IMG/VR virus record: IMGVR_UViG_3300037991_004941
Span: 1 to 48,925 of that record
DNA from: a virus
Taxonomy: Duplodnaviria > Caudoviricetes
Direction: 5' to 3' (one strand)
Length of the DNA stretch: 48,925 nucleotides
The stretch's first letter is position 1. Each line of letters starts with the position of its first letter. The notes beneath the pieces were generated by a model, which ran no database searches, had not been told where the DNA came from, and saw nothing but the letters and a program-made list of their open reading frames with translations. A program made the translations under genes and the position numbers. Shown here in pieces: positions 34,001 to 39,361 of this stretch.

Positions 34001-35860
34001 AAATTTGCACTTTTCGTAACCATGACCAGGATGAATCAATTCAAAACCAGTAATTTCTCCAAGACCAGTTTCCGTAGATGCTTTTGCGTTGGGAGGTGCT
34101 TGAATTACGATAGTAGGAGGGTGATCAGGGCTATAGTTAGAGCCAAAATTCGTAATATTGATATCAGTGATTTGACCATTGAAAATAGAAGCAGCTGCTG
34201 TAGCGTTTACACCACCAATGTAATTTCCTTGTGCATCGGTGCGATCATCAACAATATAAACCGAAGGGATATCCTCATATCCACTACCACCAGTAAGTAA
34301 CTCAATATCAATAACTCTACCATTACCATCAACCTTTGTTTCAAGGACTTGAGCACCAACAGGGTCAATAACTCTCAGTCTGGGGACCGTTTCATAACCT
34401 TGTCCAGGATTGAGAATATTGACAGCAGTAATTTGACCAAACTCATCTAAAGTAGTAGAGAATGCTGCTTTAATTCCATTTTCGCCAGTAGGCTCGTCAA
34501 CATAGATTGCTGGAGGAGTAGTATAACCAAAACCATCATCGAGAATAGTGATTGGTCCAACTAATGCTCCCGAAATGATTGTCGGGGGTGCAAGTTTGGC
34601 ACCGCCAGGTTGAATGAAGGTAATTCTGGGAGTAAAGGTATATCCACTACCAGAAGAGTGTAATAACAACTCAGTTACAGATCCATCAGTAACAACTGCT
34701 CTAATATTAGCAGGTTTAGATCCATTTTGAGTAGGATTCTCAACACTTACAATTGGTGGGTTAGTTTCACTATAACCTTTACCACCATCAAGAAGTGTTA
34801 CCGACTTAAGACCGTTAATATAGGGACTAACTGCTGCATCTCCTCCAGTAGGTGATTTGATAGTAACTTTAGGAGGATATTCAAATCTATAACCTCCACC
34901 AGTGTTACTGACAACAACTTGAGAGATTTCACCAGAATCATTTACCCTAGAGAAACCAACTGCACCATTACCAAAAGATGGAATTGCAGATTCGATAGAA
35001 TATAATGAAAGTCTTCTACCAATAAGAGGGACAAAGTTGAGAGTAATTCTGCTTCCGTCAAAAGTATAATCAACTTTAGGAATCAGAAGATTGTTATCAT
35101 AAATTGCAATAACATACTCATCAACGATTGGTGCATATCTCTGAGAATTTCTAGTTACCTCAAAGGTGCTCTTATTTTCACCAAAAGCACCAGAAAGATT
35201 ATCTAACTGATAAATCGTATCCTCAATAAAACCATTCAGATAAATGATTTCACAAGATTCGATGGAATCAGCAACTGTAGACGCTCTAGGAGGAGTCGTA
35301 AAGGTAATATTAGTGCCATTGATGACAAAATCATCACCAGGAATCATAATGTCATTATAGAGTTTTACAATGACATGAAAATTGGAAGGAGGTGCAATAG
35401 GAGAATCCTGTGACTGTAAAGGGAAAGTCCTTCTAGTGCCATCAATCTGATCAAAGATATTTGTTAACTCTCTCCACTTCAGTTTTACCTGATCATAAGA
35501 CACACCAGGGCTAAGAGCAATACTTGGCGAAGGGATTGCCCGTTCATAAAAAATTACCTCATTTCCAATGAGAATTGTGCCGTCAGTCTCCAGAAAATTA
35601 TCAATGTTTTCAACAACAATCTCACTATCAAAAGTAGTAGCATCCGCAACCGTAGTAGTGCTACCACCTAGGATATCAACATTTAACTTATCAATATTCA
35701 GTAATTCTACAAAAGAGTTGACGATATTTTGACCATATCCTGTCTTCTCTTGTGATCTATAATAATATTCGACAAACTTCTTGAACAGAGGATGATAATC
35801 CTCTATAAACTGCGGAGTCTGGGTAACTGCGCGACGGGAGACTTTATTTACGGTTGCCAT
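16058..35860 (-). CDS. gp7: Giant baseplate wedge initiator, gp7-like multidomain protein
   Basis: 6600 aa downstream of gp6; IKNVKTFYSTKGT..SFGYLFKLLYGE and IQDSYFYQDFSY..VHPAGFKVFG wedge motifs; also YHYH, beta-propeller-like, two LamG-like (YIDHLVL, YIDELRVS) and repeat domains. Confidence 0.8.
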   Translation of the reverse strand: MATVNKVSRRAVTQTPQFIEDYHPLFKKFVEYYYRSQEKTGYGQNIVNSFVELLNIDKLNVDILGGSTTTVADATTFDSEIVVENIDNFLETDGTILIGNEVIFYERAIPSPSIALSPGVSYDQVKLKWRELTNIFDQIDGTRRTFPLQSQDSPIAPPSNFHVIVKLYNDIMIPGDDFVINGTNITFTTPPRASTVADSIESCEIIYLNGFIEDTIYQLDNLSGAFGENKSTFEVTRNSQRYAPIVDEYVIAIYDNNLLIPKVDYTFDGSRITLNFVPLIGRRLSLYSIESAIPSFGNGAVGFSRVNDSGEISQVVVSNTGGGYRFEYPPKVTIKSPTGGDAAVSPYINGLKSVTLLDGGKGYSETNPPIVSVENPTQNGSKPANIRAVVTDGSVTELLLHSSGSGYTFTPRITFIQPGGAKLAPPTIISGALVGPITILDDGFGYTTPPAIYVDEPTGENGIKAAFSTTLDEFGQITAVNILNPGQGYETVPRLRVIDPVGAQVLETKVDGNGRVIDIELLTGGSGYEDIPSVYIVDDRTDAQGNYIGGVNATAAASIFNGQITDINITNFGSNYSPDHPPTIVIQAPPNAKASTETGLGEITGFELIHPGHGYEKCKFVGCARAASAISGYTETGDVIFSGDTDAAPHDSNSVVTCLDAVFVKRVLDKYIEEYLPDIPQLDYESIDVRSAIKNVKTFYSTKGTSFSFGYLFKLLYGEDISVSYPKDQLIKPSAATWSINTILRATLISGDPRNIRDAQIQQFADIADPNIRAANALVENYIAINTAESEIYELVLSEETIQGTFVVPYKTKLAEPLTATSDIITVDSTIGWPERNGEIVIGGTETVRYKEKSLNQFIECTRGVVGAPQIWDSATSVASNFRVYLNYGTINEVVMNIVGIVDAQQTNLTDTGSYYLPGDKLSVSKLGGTSTLPQLTTWLYNVKKLIEVSSITFGGVNNQSATVTCSAPHGLLVGDQVTVYGANPILYNGTFLVTSRDSQTVFQYQLPQPAAVEPQGNILISVDLNKGKSENAAILNAIGPYTTNVQNTFFNNQYVYVASTGIPNYEIGPFPGSALLPGNQRKLNRFNTTTTTISTKTAIVPGPIGTWVNGVSVWSYKSELSRTFGAVTAVNITNAGKEYDAASPPAITIAGGGGSGATAEVTVNGSLYEVEVNNGGSGYTSSPLVSIVGGGGSGGSATAIITKGVVSRILVNSGGSGYTSQPLITIVGGGGTGATATASVRGPIQQVDITEGGSSYTSKPTVTLSSGRGAVAQAIVNDGRIISIAIISAGVGYTTAPTVSIQGDGFGAIARAIIDTDGENAGRVTGVEILNRGIGYNQGTTVINLTSVGQDALFDADVFQWNYNLQETTPFDSAMGTVFEGYNIQYGGEYAHLSNPQRLRYILGDNLFKDSLGRILEQESQLEHSPIIGWAFDGNPIYGPYGYQDPTNQSSNIQRMRSSYSLKTQLVFNDITNPYPVRSDGPLLNEEPAGKFVEDYEYVFGSGDLDQYNGRFCKTPEYPQGRYCYFVTIDASENGLPVYPYILGPSYNSVVDIWNLKDSSVQQNIPTGVVRYRDPYENVDIDVERTPNASTNALTLENGDVLLFEVEDENRDGVITQDEIDDPDQVFEEAPLQLFDYFPSVKLDSKVDIEVETISKFENASVTGFTVENAGTNYQVNDRLIFDNEDTGGTGVSARVSKIKGESVLNYTYETLQGTNFGVLKTTQPHNLIAGDTLFVDYTPLMDNTNKTFTVRQYRGIEEIVVDQNGSGYNTDIPPSIIIDGDGESGEIEAIVDQVGAIKSFNILNSGSDYTKNPRVILSHPQVFKKADYYVTLLENNNWLKVNDIFISDTKEVYTCGTTLDASGNYVAFLAKLSATGVKEWEKTLETTVLGSDNYTEFQKLYVDGNDIWVAGNNRPNIPVLDAYNPDVILVKYEEAANGLSASLVFQKGYAGISGSTRSDNITSLQKLTDTRFLLGGFTNTNSGAPWDAFLAIVDTAGFFVAKRKLASDSSSEKITSMRTVDGAIYFTMETASADNSMDINVSFGKATAGVSSISIDWIKEVTNATYCFLNSSLAVDEFNEFYVVAGTRLKSDDVTKDGFWVGKFDNAGELLWDKRYFTGRDITLVDKSEIDIFGNLNVVYSKEDTTNKKLTFNSVKIKYDGTVLKNTENDFTTAANTTNTMEGFMPLTLGSDNSGDVHIYGQTKWNRQECIDTFSAAAATDLTGHHSVSIVGTSDSAIIENGVGKIYGYQPAGTNTVWENSYYKIPGTTLGTKLNGNWTLQFFVYKDGAQTLSQAQQTLIGIGGAQDTTGGLWLGYDTSGSGGSGSLQLVISNNTTRLDAASGLSSALTNMYAQNTWQVITLTKNGTNFKAFVNGIEVLDGNVTNTEFANKDIYIGNQIGWGAGATDFNAAYQGQFYIDHLVLKNRFVSPTVPTDITSLPTIGGFGLTYDWADDAWFTTNLNRYDYIEYVGAGIKVDKEAESNKIGTIGVLANSQLSLIRTAVAPVTGVSLNVSPTGYALGGEGFQALDFNDANTTHAEDTESLEISQDIWGSRTATIPAPGSQKVKATAVVKDRYFFKVTNTIKIDNVQRLTINQPFEFTMNSKLVLRNNNNFVNSGYIVDIDYANRYVYLAVNNNEWTNDLDVGQLSTEQFNEQSTYGILGPIPADINEMKNYLFPEVNNTTIGTFNIDMSNFDAPSDVGGSNNLHEFAKFKPFEDDQYRVRIDEISGTSPFIPGSVVSLSTATVTYNADYNTIQISGLTGVSKISLTTNLIKILQVDAVSNSDIVYVITDDSHYLNTNEMIYIDGNPSQESGGTVYDEYDGAFPVDSVISVKEFTYKLPNIAITSPSSNASNVSVFVKSPTLKMYYGHQYIFDLSHSSLVGGNLSFSKDSLYKLEYSFNSIERIGIPGVTGEGQPTPSVKFKVDPNIVTNISYYFDPSRAGDDSPVIAGSYLDVVGSPYAGNFTVSGVSGATITRGDDTLRFPLLNEPEGDADVSNVSYSTGSEKAVGSIADIRIVNKGGFYTRLPIVSGIQSNRKIERIQINEPGTEYAPGQYNNIPISGDGEGGLVNLTVENTTDDEGNTIPGQITQAIVSSSGKGYTTAFIDIASINGILGPSLAGSGADLEVVIPPFGTGASIFTQGSQVGKIKKLKNNNFGYDYPHDYTLRPEITFPINAQLTSTSILDSITVTDPGSGYSQAPAVVITGGGGFGATAESTIKNGRLDQILVKDPGSGYSSTPAVELKSSFNYVINLDLGLLQFAFPHGIQNGAEVTLNVVDTGEGADFPLSSGALGRLNGNTTYYAIAGAAQSLDDDQLKLAITATNAELGDSIGFVNAGVGRQQVLTSSFGGAATANVITSTFLEGELVYQGSTFETATATGYVSTNSGWQVGPRVLKIVDYDGDFVSGERVTGIISKSSGIISDLKIAKGVLEIGSITKTTGQFIDDVGKPSEIIQKIQDSYFYQDFSYALQSSVSISEWKDILIRNVHPAGFKVFGELNITDYSLIPNKETAFELTKSVELAQEAIVPNIQSFSLVEPVYQEFNNTEVLFRQKRLTSSENILTSVVQRLDNISNQFDGVKISFPLTVNGENIIASANQLMIILNGVVQTPEVSFKVENDSIVFSEPPKPPASVKYAQIEIAQINQVLYTFTNISGIFPNIGNTMVGTASSARATVTKVEGDTIQAFVTEGAFIGGELITVGATGFSANLDTETSITSNGLFTFNETVTNLEGDTAIVEEINLESGQETPLGTLRYGIGSSTAQFEVLTSDQSQFVVGENMQIASEILTISNVAAGGEAGISVITATRGQLGTQAISHLQNAPLYSTEITVTNSLILSKTAGTYQSTPGLFDIQLDDILIAASSGVVARVTATSPYQDPTTQEFISQVNISEGASFFGLLFNRITSINYQNVVLDDISASQISIVDFDDNATAFDSKFPANELVNNIVIDVVNTNGTLQEGEFIRNNRLDIGNAVGDFISDEEAVVRKLTHKDNTQGNGFFSAGNVIRNTTSKALVVGYNVARQTVYLGRMGRSKTTGEDYHSFNFVAGASLNTYNKRWGASSLALSPGTSVHTFVSGVADAITADNAATFTAATGTTYDPITGVMVVEIGSHSLTTSNTVTIAADGVVFTCAQDNNGSNKAYPRATDPQFGQQIAITAVTPTTITINVGTVPVDEYVTVNTSTEFGFGTNNFTLECWINPNSVAAGSKTILDLRSTATELAPYIYLDGANVKYFNNGSVVIAGTTNLVAGTWYHIALCRDGSNTRLFVNGTQDGTTYSDGSNYGSTKPIRIGGNYAGSSVFPGYIDELRVSTNSRYTANFTAPSGIHQGDATTVLLAHFDGTYGQQYTDDWSGVATWNNGDDFCNDAIRETQRQAGAPAGYNGKTHRYADAARLLENNADLLAKESVYLMRQQYPELVIPGTRFTPTGATYDASTGLLSMTVSNNTLTSGGQLTPTGATYDAATGVMVITKRDHGVTDGQRVNIKVDGIRFTCAQDGNGSNHDYPRATDPAAGRWLIVSNATANTFEINVGASPAGQQYAHTFVSAVSNCITVENDRIKIVNGALTFTCSSDNNQTEVTYPRATDPASKDQALPIISSSSTNLTVNVGTSPFVYFQPSTATYDPATGDFVMTIANHTLNVGTKLRLKNGGFTFTCAQDGNGSNHEYPRSTDPSYNTTLNISAVGTTTANITTGTTYVASTGVLTVKSTGHGLSAGNMIQIATDSLTFTCTMDSNATQHTYPRATDPISGKWVEVLSVVDADTFTINVGMSPPASQYTHTFVSATAGALIKQTGTVTVNVGISPAGQQYAHTFVSADSDAVITGGAYAHTFVSAVTNGVIGDEKINCEDDVRDVNASILRDLRNGSNSYTWDTSALYVDRTAIPVILNHVETEIDQTLWTYEKYAELAKKVINNELITIAGPHGETQFTDTTIYDSNNYGSLTQLTPTGATYDPATGDMEITVAGHPLTTASRVSLDTESFTFTCTADDNLLQTAYPRATDPAANRVLPVTATTTNTFTVNVGPSSQDDQYTHTFVSATTGAVDVLDYTSADCADVKTTIDNLVDILTDTLTNANAASPVDHLASVTKVIPAYEWKGAFVDALYEIEIPLTDVFNPDEVIYANQIDGDDRYRFKDAASLIRLNRSAIVDKTAVDMIDRYPELALSMPRNGDGSGAGTLRCKTDLGIILDGIATDLENGGNFNTVQGVSFYLGQNDEILHVRLQLLQSTYAHNRLAFYAKQAVTGDLTSDNTDSVIVGDWGITNDPGGCANVTSAIDTLIDLANNMLAPTGDRFRDAGDLLHFNKEFISDEATLVLDADFTYNLGPSSYRAFTYPSGNATGRENCKDDIKDILDSVISDLLTGGNSNTVKAIELYLSAAGGITQVEDEILPTIYAFQQVRFLGRKAIRNLLLDRGGGPTGDQYRAVYTFEIPYTDDTITDSTGDSTYTDNECADVIRAFDSLMDLIIDTLTPGGTASRGSGRMLLFNENYYRDEIQNRVTSQWGSGSWTYDSFLADMLDNTIHDMVTTDASNYITARNITLTGVSDEFTIGGTVTSSGGGEATILEWYPKMDMLIVGTVVGTAFADGQTLTNGAASGTIAASGVGATYNYYPTISNVETLKYARTVQSTVSGEVANTNLFTNPEQYSSNWTFTQGAFTDDVVTAPDGEFNADLAAPNTTVGQHLIYRDYNLTSFTTFDGEGARFDSGTETFDTGSRFESQTFTFSAVMKAKPGAAPFDKIRFAMILDPGATSKDVVFDLNLSDGSFGSIFADAGATVEAYGSVPLGDGWYRAFITLTFSFGIGVIRNQIFIKNNDGLISYAGDNSNGIYVWGAKLVKGGLDPYVSQSGVTFFADNDFNIKNYILDSLEEFYEQALNQTLVDPSPLASFIPYVNGGLASTYVTSSWMSVIRRNFSIIRNQLLNDTFITTIDNRSGVVVPGKTYGTRNIPVALGGDVGPADNIYGLSSDAYAEIEFIRQNEAKVVKIYQRFRISGDIVGDPEDFAVGEDLSSGVNTCTVYAKYEDENNKYFDVFVTNGSFAALNVLTGESGQTGEIGAIEDRIQVTNRRGTFDQSIEFKGYTSGATADVEELHLAEGAVLTNTGGKLTLDTASLVGEFETTSVVYPESSSEYLEVAKFAGFDVKVGDRVASAGHVRLGINIVNNQNTFVVGNYVYKVISGVLRDNSNYGIITEVDLDNNYIYVSIVAGDIANGDFVGDYGVGDVPLGFATVSTKIIVAGAAAGLVQDIQVAGVNKRLYLTDVIGTFSNRDTIISVDNYRAAVVEREILRARVRRFFRGFDGVQTSFKLTNNNGDPYFPDPAGHMLIFVNGILQPPGATNAYTAFSDQIQFSEAPELGSSFTGFYVGKLRQLDDISFDFDSLRQSFNLKRDGTFYSLTLTDGVVSSTIRPENNIIISLNGVIQEPGVGFEIVGSRIIFSEIPRVGSTFVAFSYIGSDQDVEAADIVPPIEPGDFIDIQGETDDREVAVIESSNSLITFDYLGSIFGKGANATANLTSGRVESVSVTAGGSGYTSRPNVRIDSISGFDAQIRALVGVSGVVISNPGSGYQNPSIAVETTVPDDWVAPNLADYGEEIIDPEIL
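20720..23640 (-). repeat. Six intragenic copies of a ~100-aa domain (TYDP.TG / FTC / YPRATDP / HTFVS)
   Basis: The YPR[AS]TDP motif occurs six times. Exact DNA repeats lie at 21420-21446 / 22227-22253 (27 nt) and 22464-22486 / 22551-22573 (23 nt). Confidence 0.9.
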
Positions 35861-35866
35861 TTATAT

Positions 35867-37888
35867 TCAGAAACAAGTGTTATCTGGGATGTCGCCAGGT
35901 CCAGTGAGATCAGGAATTACAATAGTTGTCGGAGCTGATTCAAACTGTCCAGGATTAAGACTATTTATTGGGATAGTGGGAGGTGGAGTCGTGCCAGAAG
36001 GTCTAACTGTAATCTGAGGAACTGGGATTTCGATAACAGTATCTGGCTCAGGTGTGCCAATAATTCCAGGGTTTGCAGGAATTGCTTCTACAGGAATTTT
36101 GGGTTCTCCAATATTATCAATATCATCATCAGTTGGATTAGGTGGTAAGTTATTACCTCCAGTGCCAATAATATTTACAGGTCCAAAACAGACTTTTCCA
36201 GTCTCATAATTGATTGTGCCTGCATTGGTGCTAGTAACAATCTTTCTGTTACCACTGTTATAGAATGTAAGCAGTTTTCCGAAACCATCATCTTCAAAAT
36301 ATTGATCAACATTAGGGAATTCTACCGTGCGGAATCTTCCTGATTGGATAATCGGCTCTTTATTACAGGGGTCACCACTATCACCACTAGGAGCAGGTTT
36401 AGATGGAGCACTATCAAAGAGTGGGTTACCAAAAGTAAAGCAATATGTATTGGTTTCAGTCAGATTCGGATTGACATACTTGAGCATGACAACCTGAGAA
36501 GAAACGTCAGTAATACAAGCATCAGACTCTGTAATTGCTTTATGGAAAGCAGAAAGTTTGAATTGATTACCAAAGTTGTTAATTTCTGTCTGTGCTGCCC
36601 AATTGGTGATTGCATTTTGGACATTAGACTCAATTGCAGTCACATTTCTTGCAGAGCAAGCAGTATCATAAGTAACAAATACTCTAGGATAGATAAAGAC
36701 AGATTTTGCATCTGTAATAACAGGCTCAATAGATGCCATTGCATATCTTCTCATCATGGCAGAGAGAGACTTCTTAGTTGCGTCATTCAACTGAGATCCC
36801 GTCTTAGTCTTGATTGCAATAAAAACCTTTCCGTAGATAGGCGGAGATAACTCATCACCACCAAATGCAACTGCACTCAAAACATTATCATAGATTCTCT
36901 TAATAATGACCTCGTAGTCATTTGTAGTAACTGCTCTGTATTGTGCGCTATACCACCTGGGAGCATTATATTTAATGGACTCAACACTTTCAATAGGACT
37001 ACCAAGTTGACCAGTCTCCATGACGGTCAAACTAATTTTAGATGAATCGCTATTGTCATAGAGACGACCATTACTATCCACCATTTCACCTTTAAAGGCG
37101 AATGACTTAGTGCCGTTTGCTTCTTCACCAGAAGTAACAACATATTCTAAATTAATGATCTCACCATCAGTGAGTTTTCTACCACTAGTGTTGTCACCAA
37201 AAGTAATTTCAAATCTCTGATCCTGATCTTCATCTAGGAAGTAAATACGATCAGTTGCTCTAACACTAGTTAAATTTTCTACTCTATTATAAACATCTGC
37301 ACTAGTGCTAGATGCATTTGCTCTAACACTAACTTTCAATGTTGATGTATCCGCATCAGCACTGGGAATGATATATCTCGTGGGATTAAATGTATCTACT
37401 GTATATTTAAAATTGACAACAGATCCTTCATATGCAGTAACACATTCAAATACAGCACTACAACTTGCAGGATCAACAACTACAGTTTGATCTTCTAAAA
37501 TATTCCAAATATACTTTCCACCCGCAGCAATAGGACCCTTCTTTAGGGTAATATTATTCGGACACACTCCATCATCCCCAGGTACTGTCGTAACAACGAT
37601 GTTAAACGCTGCTCTAGACGCCAGAGGGGACTTTGGCGTGTAGTTAAACATCTTGGCAAGGGAAACGATGTTATCCCTTACTGTAGCGGATTGTAGGAAT
37701 GCCTCATTCAACGACATGTTAGCAAGATATGCCGTATAATAAGTATTATACGCCAACATATCGATGAGGTAGGACAAACCAGATCCCTCAAAGTCATAAT
37801 CAGAGAATTCATCTCTAGTTTTGAGATAACTCTTGATTGATGACTTAATGTCATCAAAATTTAATGCTGTTAAGTTATTGGGGAGCAT
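35867..37888 (-). CDS. gp6: Baseplate wedge subunit gp6
   Basis: 673 aa; LNFDDIKSSIKSYLK..FSDYDFEGSGLSYLIDMLAYNTYY, ESIKYNAPRWYSAQYRAVTTNDY, GKVFIAIK. Confidence 0.92.
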   Translation of the reverse strand: MLPNNLTALNFDDIKSSIKSYLKTRDEFSDYDFEGSGLSYLIDMLAYNTYYTAYLANMSLNEAFLQSATVRDNIVSLAKMFNYTPKSPLASRAAFNIVVTTVPGDDGVCPNNITLKKGPIAAGGKYIWNILEDQTVVVDPASCSAVFECVTAYEGSVVNFKYTVDTFNPTRYIIPSADADTSTLKVSVRANASSTSADVYNRVENLTSVRATDRIYFLDEDQDQRFEITFGDNTSGRKLTDGEIINLEYVVTSGEEANGTKSFAFKGEMVDSNGRLYDNSDSSKISLTVMETGQLGSPIESVESIKYNAPRWYSAQYRAVTTNDYEVIIKRIYDNVLSAVAFGGDELSPPIYGKVFIAIKTKTGSQLNDATKKSLSAMMRRYAMASIEPVITDAKSVFIYPRVFVTYDTACSARNVTAIESNVQNAITNWAAQTEINNFGNQFKLSAFHKAITESDACITDVSSQVVMLKYVNPNLTETNTYCFTFGNPLFDSAPSKPAPSGDSGDPCNKEPIIQSGRFRTVEFPNVDQYFEDDGFGKLLTFYNSGNRKIVTSTNAGTINYETGKVCFGPVNIIGTGGNNLPPNPTDDDIDNIGEPKIPVEAIPANPGIIGTPEPDTVIEIPVPQITVRPSGTTPPPTIPINSLNPGQFESAPTTIVIPDLTGPGDIPDNTCF

Positions 37889-38304
37889 TATGGCCTCTTT
37901 AATACAAAACTAATTTGCTCAGTGATTGGCAATCCAATAATTTCATATTGAATAGACACATTCATTGCGTTTGCATCATAATCTGCGATAACTTCCACCA
38001 ATTCTAAAGCAATTCTAGGCTCAAAGTTTTGAATGGTGTTTGTGATCTCCATTCTAATTCTATCTACCAAGAAAGGATCCATAGGCTCAAACAATAAGTC
38101 TGTAACGCTGGATCCAAATCTAGGATTAAAAAATTTCTCACCAGGAACGGTCAAAATCAGATTTTTGACCGATTGCTTGATTGCATCCTGATTCGTAACT
38201 TTGGTTGTGTCTTTAGTAAAAGGATTTTTCAAGAAATTCATAGAAATATCAGAAAAATTTCTAGATTTCTTAAAATCTTTACTAGTTAACGGTTTTAGAG
38301 CCAT
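37888..38304 (-). CDS. gp25: Baseplate wedge subunit gp25
   Basis: 138 aa; AIKQSVKNLILTVPGEKFFNPRFGS...LLFEP...IQNFEPRI. Confidence 0.93.
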   Translation of the reverse strand: MALKPLTSKDFKKSRNFSDISMNFLKNPFTKDTTKVTNQDAIKQSVKNLILTVPGEKFFNPRFGSSVTDLLFEPMDPFLVDRIRMEITNTIQNFEPRIALELVEVIADYDANAMNVSIQYEIIGLPITEQISFVLKRP

Positions 38305-38459
38305 CTTTCAAGAAAGTTTCCGTGACGGACTTTATTATTAGTCCGCTTTGCCGCCAAATTTAGATAACGATCTGATTTTGGGTCCGTAATTAAGACTACA
38401 GTTCCGAAATCTTTATTCATCATCTCAGGTACATGATCTGGGACGGGATTATTCGCCAT
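38295..38459 (-). CDS. Small hypothetical protein (54 aa)
   Basis: Translated by hand: MANNPVPDHVPEMMNKDFGTVVLITDPKSDRYLNLAAKRTNNKVRHGNFLERWL; follows a late promoter and overlaps the gp25 start. Confidence 0.65.
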   Translation of the reverse strand: MANNPVPDHVPEMMNKDFGTVVLITDPKSDRYLNLAAKRTNNKVRHGNFLERWL

Positions 38460-38516
38460 TTTAGGTTAAAAGCAATGTAAACAGAACTTTTAATGGGGTT
38501 TCTATCCCTCGTGTTT

Positions 38517-38523
38517 TATTTAT
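38517..38523 (-). promoter_or_regulatory. T4-like late promoter (ATAAATA)
   Basis: tatttat overlapping the stop codon of the upstream 54-aa ORF. Confidence 0.7.
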
Positions 38524-38684
38524 GACGGTTCTTCGAGAGACCAAGTAGGTGGGTGAAAATGACAATACTCATTGAAAGTGATTTTCATCTCTTTATTCGT
38601 CAAATTTGCGTGTTTTGCTGCTTTTGGCAAATTCCATTTTGCCGTAAACAGCATTTCCATAGACTCACGGGTCTCAGGTCTCAT
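38520..38684 (-). CDS. Small hypothetical protein (54 aa), possibly HTH-like
   Basis: Translated by hand: MRPETRESMEMLFTAKWNLPKAAKHANLTNKEMKITFNEYCHFHPPTWSLEEPS; ATGA overlap with the upstream stop. Confidence 0.7.
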   Translation of the reverse strand: MRPETRESMEMLFTAKWNLPKAAKHANLTNKEMKITFNEYCHFHPPTWSLEEPS

Positions 38685-38827
38685 TTACCTTGACCACGAT
38701 ACCGCTTTTTCGCCTTGTTACTGGATGTTGCAGCATATTTTGTGTGCTGACCAGATCCTTGACGAGTTTTCTTGGGAATTGAATCGATAAAAACATTACC
38801 AAGAAGCGATTTTTTCATTTTTGCCAT
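38681..38827 (-). CDS. Small highly basic protein (48 aa)
   Basis: MAKMKKSLLG...NKAKKRYRGQGK; start reassigned to the ATG 2 nt after the PAAR gene stop. Confidence 0.75.
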   Translation of the reverse strand: MAKMKKSLLGNVFIDSIPKKTRQGSGQHTKYAATSSNKAKKRYRGQGK

Positions 38828-38829
38828 AA

Positions 38830-39351
38830 TTAAGCTCCAATAAAGACGTTTGCTGATCCTGTAGAGATCAAAGATAGACACGGAGGTCCAAGAGGGTCAC
38901 CAACTCTACATGCTCTCTTACCCATGATAAAGACAGTTGCACTAGTAGCAGTTGCTTTTCTAATATGAGCACCGCCACCCGCAATATCCTCTACACAAAG
39001 ATTCTGTGTTGGACATGGGACAATTGCTGCACAGTTTGGTGGAGTCACCAATGGCACCAACTGTGTGCATGTTGGTGGATGATTGGTCAAAATATCCTGA
39101 TCCAAGATCGGACAGATATTATTGATCAATACTGTAGGGACAATAGGTTGCATGGGCAACTGAGGGAATGGTGGCCACATATTAGTGCCATCCATTGCAG
39201 CAATAGTCAATTTAGGCACTACTGCTGGACATGCAGTGCCACAAGGGTTTTCTTGCCACTTGTTTGCTGGCACACATGTACCATGACCCGTGTCTTTCCC
39301 TGTATAGATTGCTGCCGCACCTGGCAACCCTGTAATTGGACCTGCTGGCAT
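38830..39351 (-). CDS. PAAR-like spike-tip protein (gp5.4-like)
   Basis: DTGHG near the N-terminus; SATVFIMGKRACRVGDPL..C..ISTGSANVFIG at the C-terminus; lies upstream of gp25. Confidence 0.8.
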   Translation of the reverse strand: MPAGPITGLPGAAAIYTGKDTGHGTCVPANKWQENPCGTACPAVVPKLTIAAMDGTNMWPPFPQLPMQPIVPTVLINNICPILDQDILTNHPPTCTQLVPLVTPPNCAAIVPCPTQNLCVEDIAGGGAHIRKATATSATVFIMGKRACRVGDPLGPPCLSLISTGSANVFIGA

Positions 39352-39361
39352 TTTACTTTAA

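Noticed and set aside
16058-35860. Intein or intron explaining the size of gp7
   Set aside because: The ORF is uninterrupted, and I saw no intein splice or homing-endonuclease motifs.
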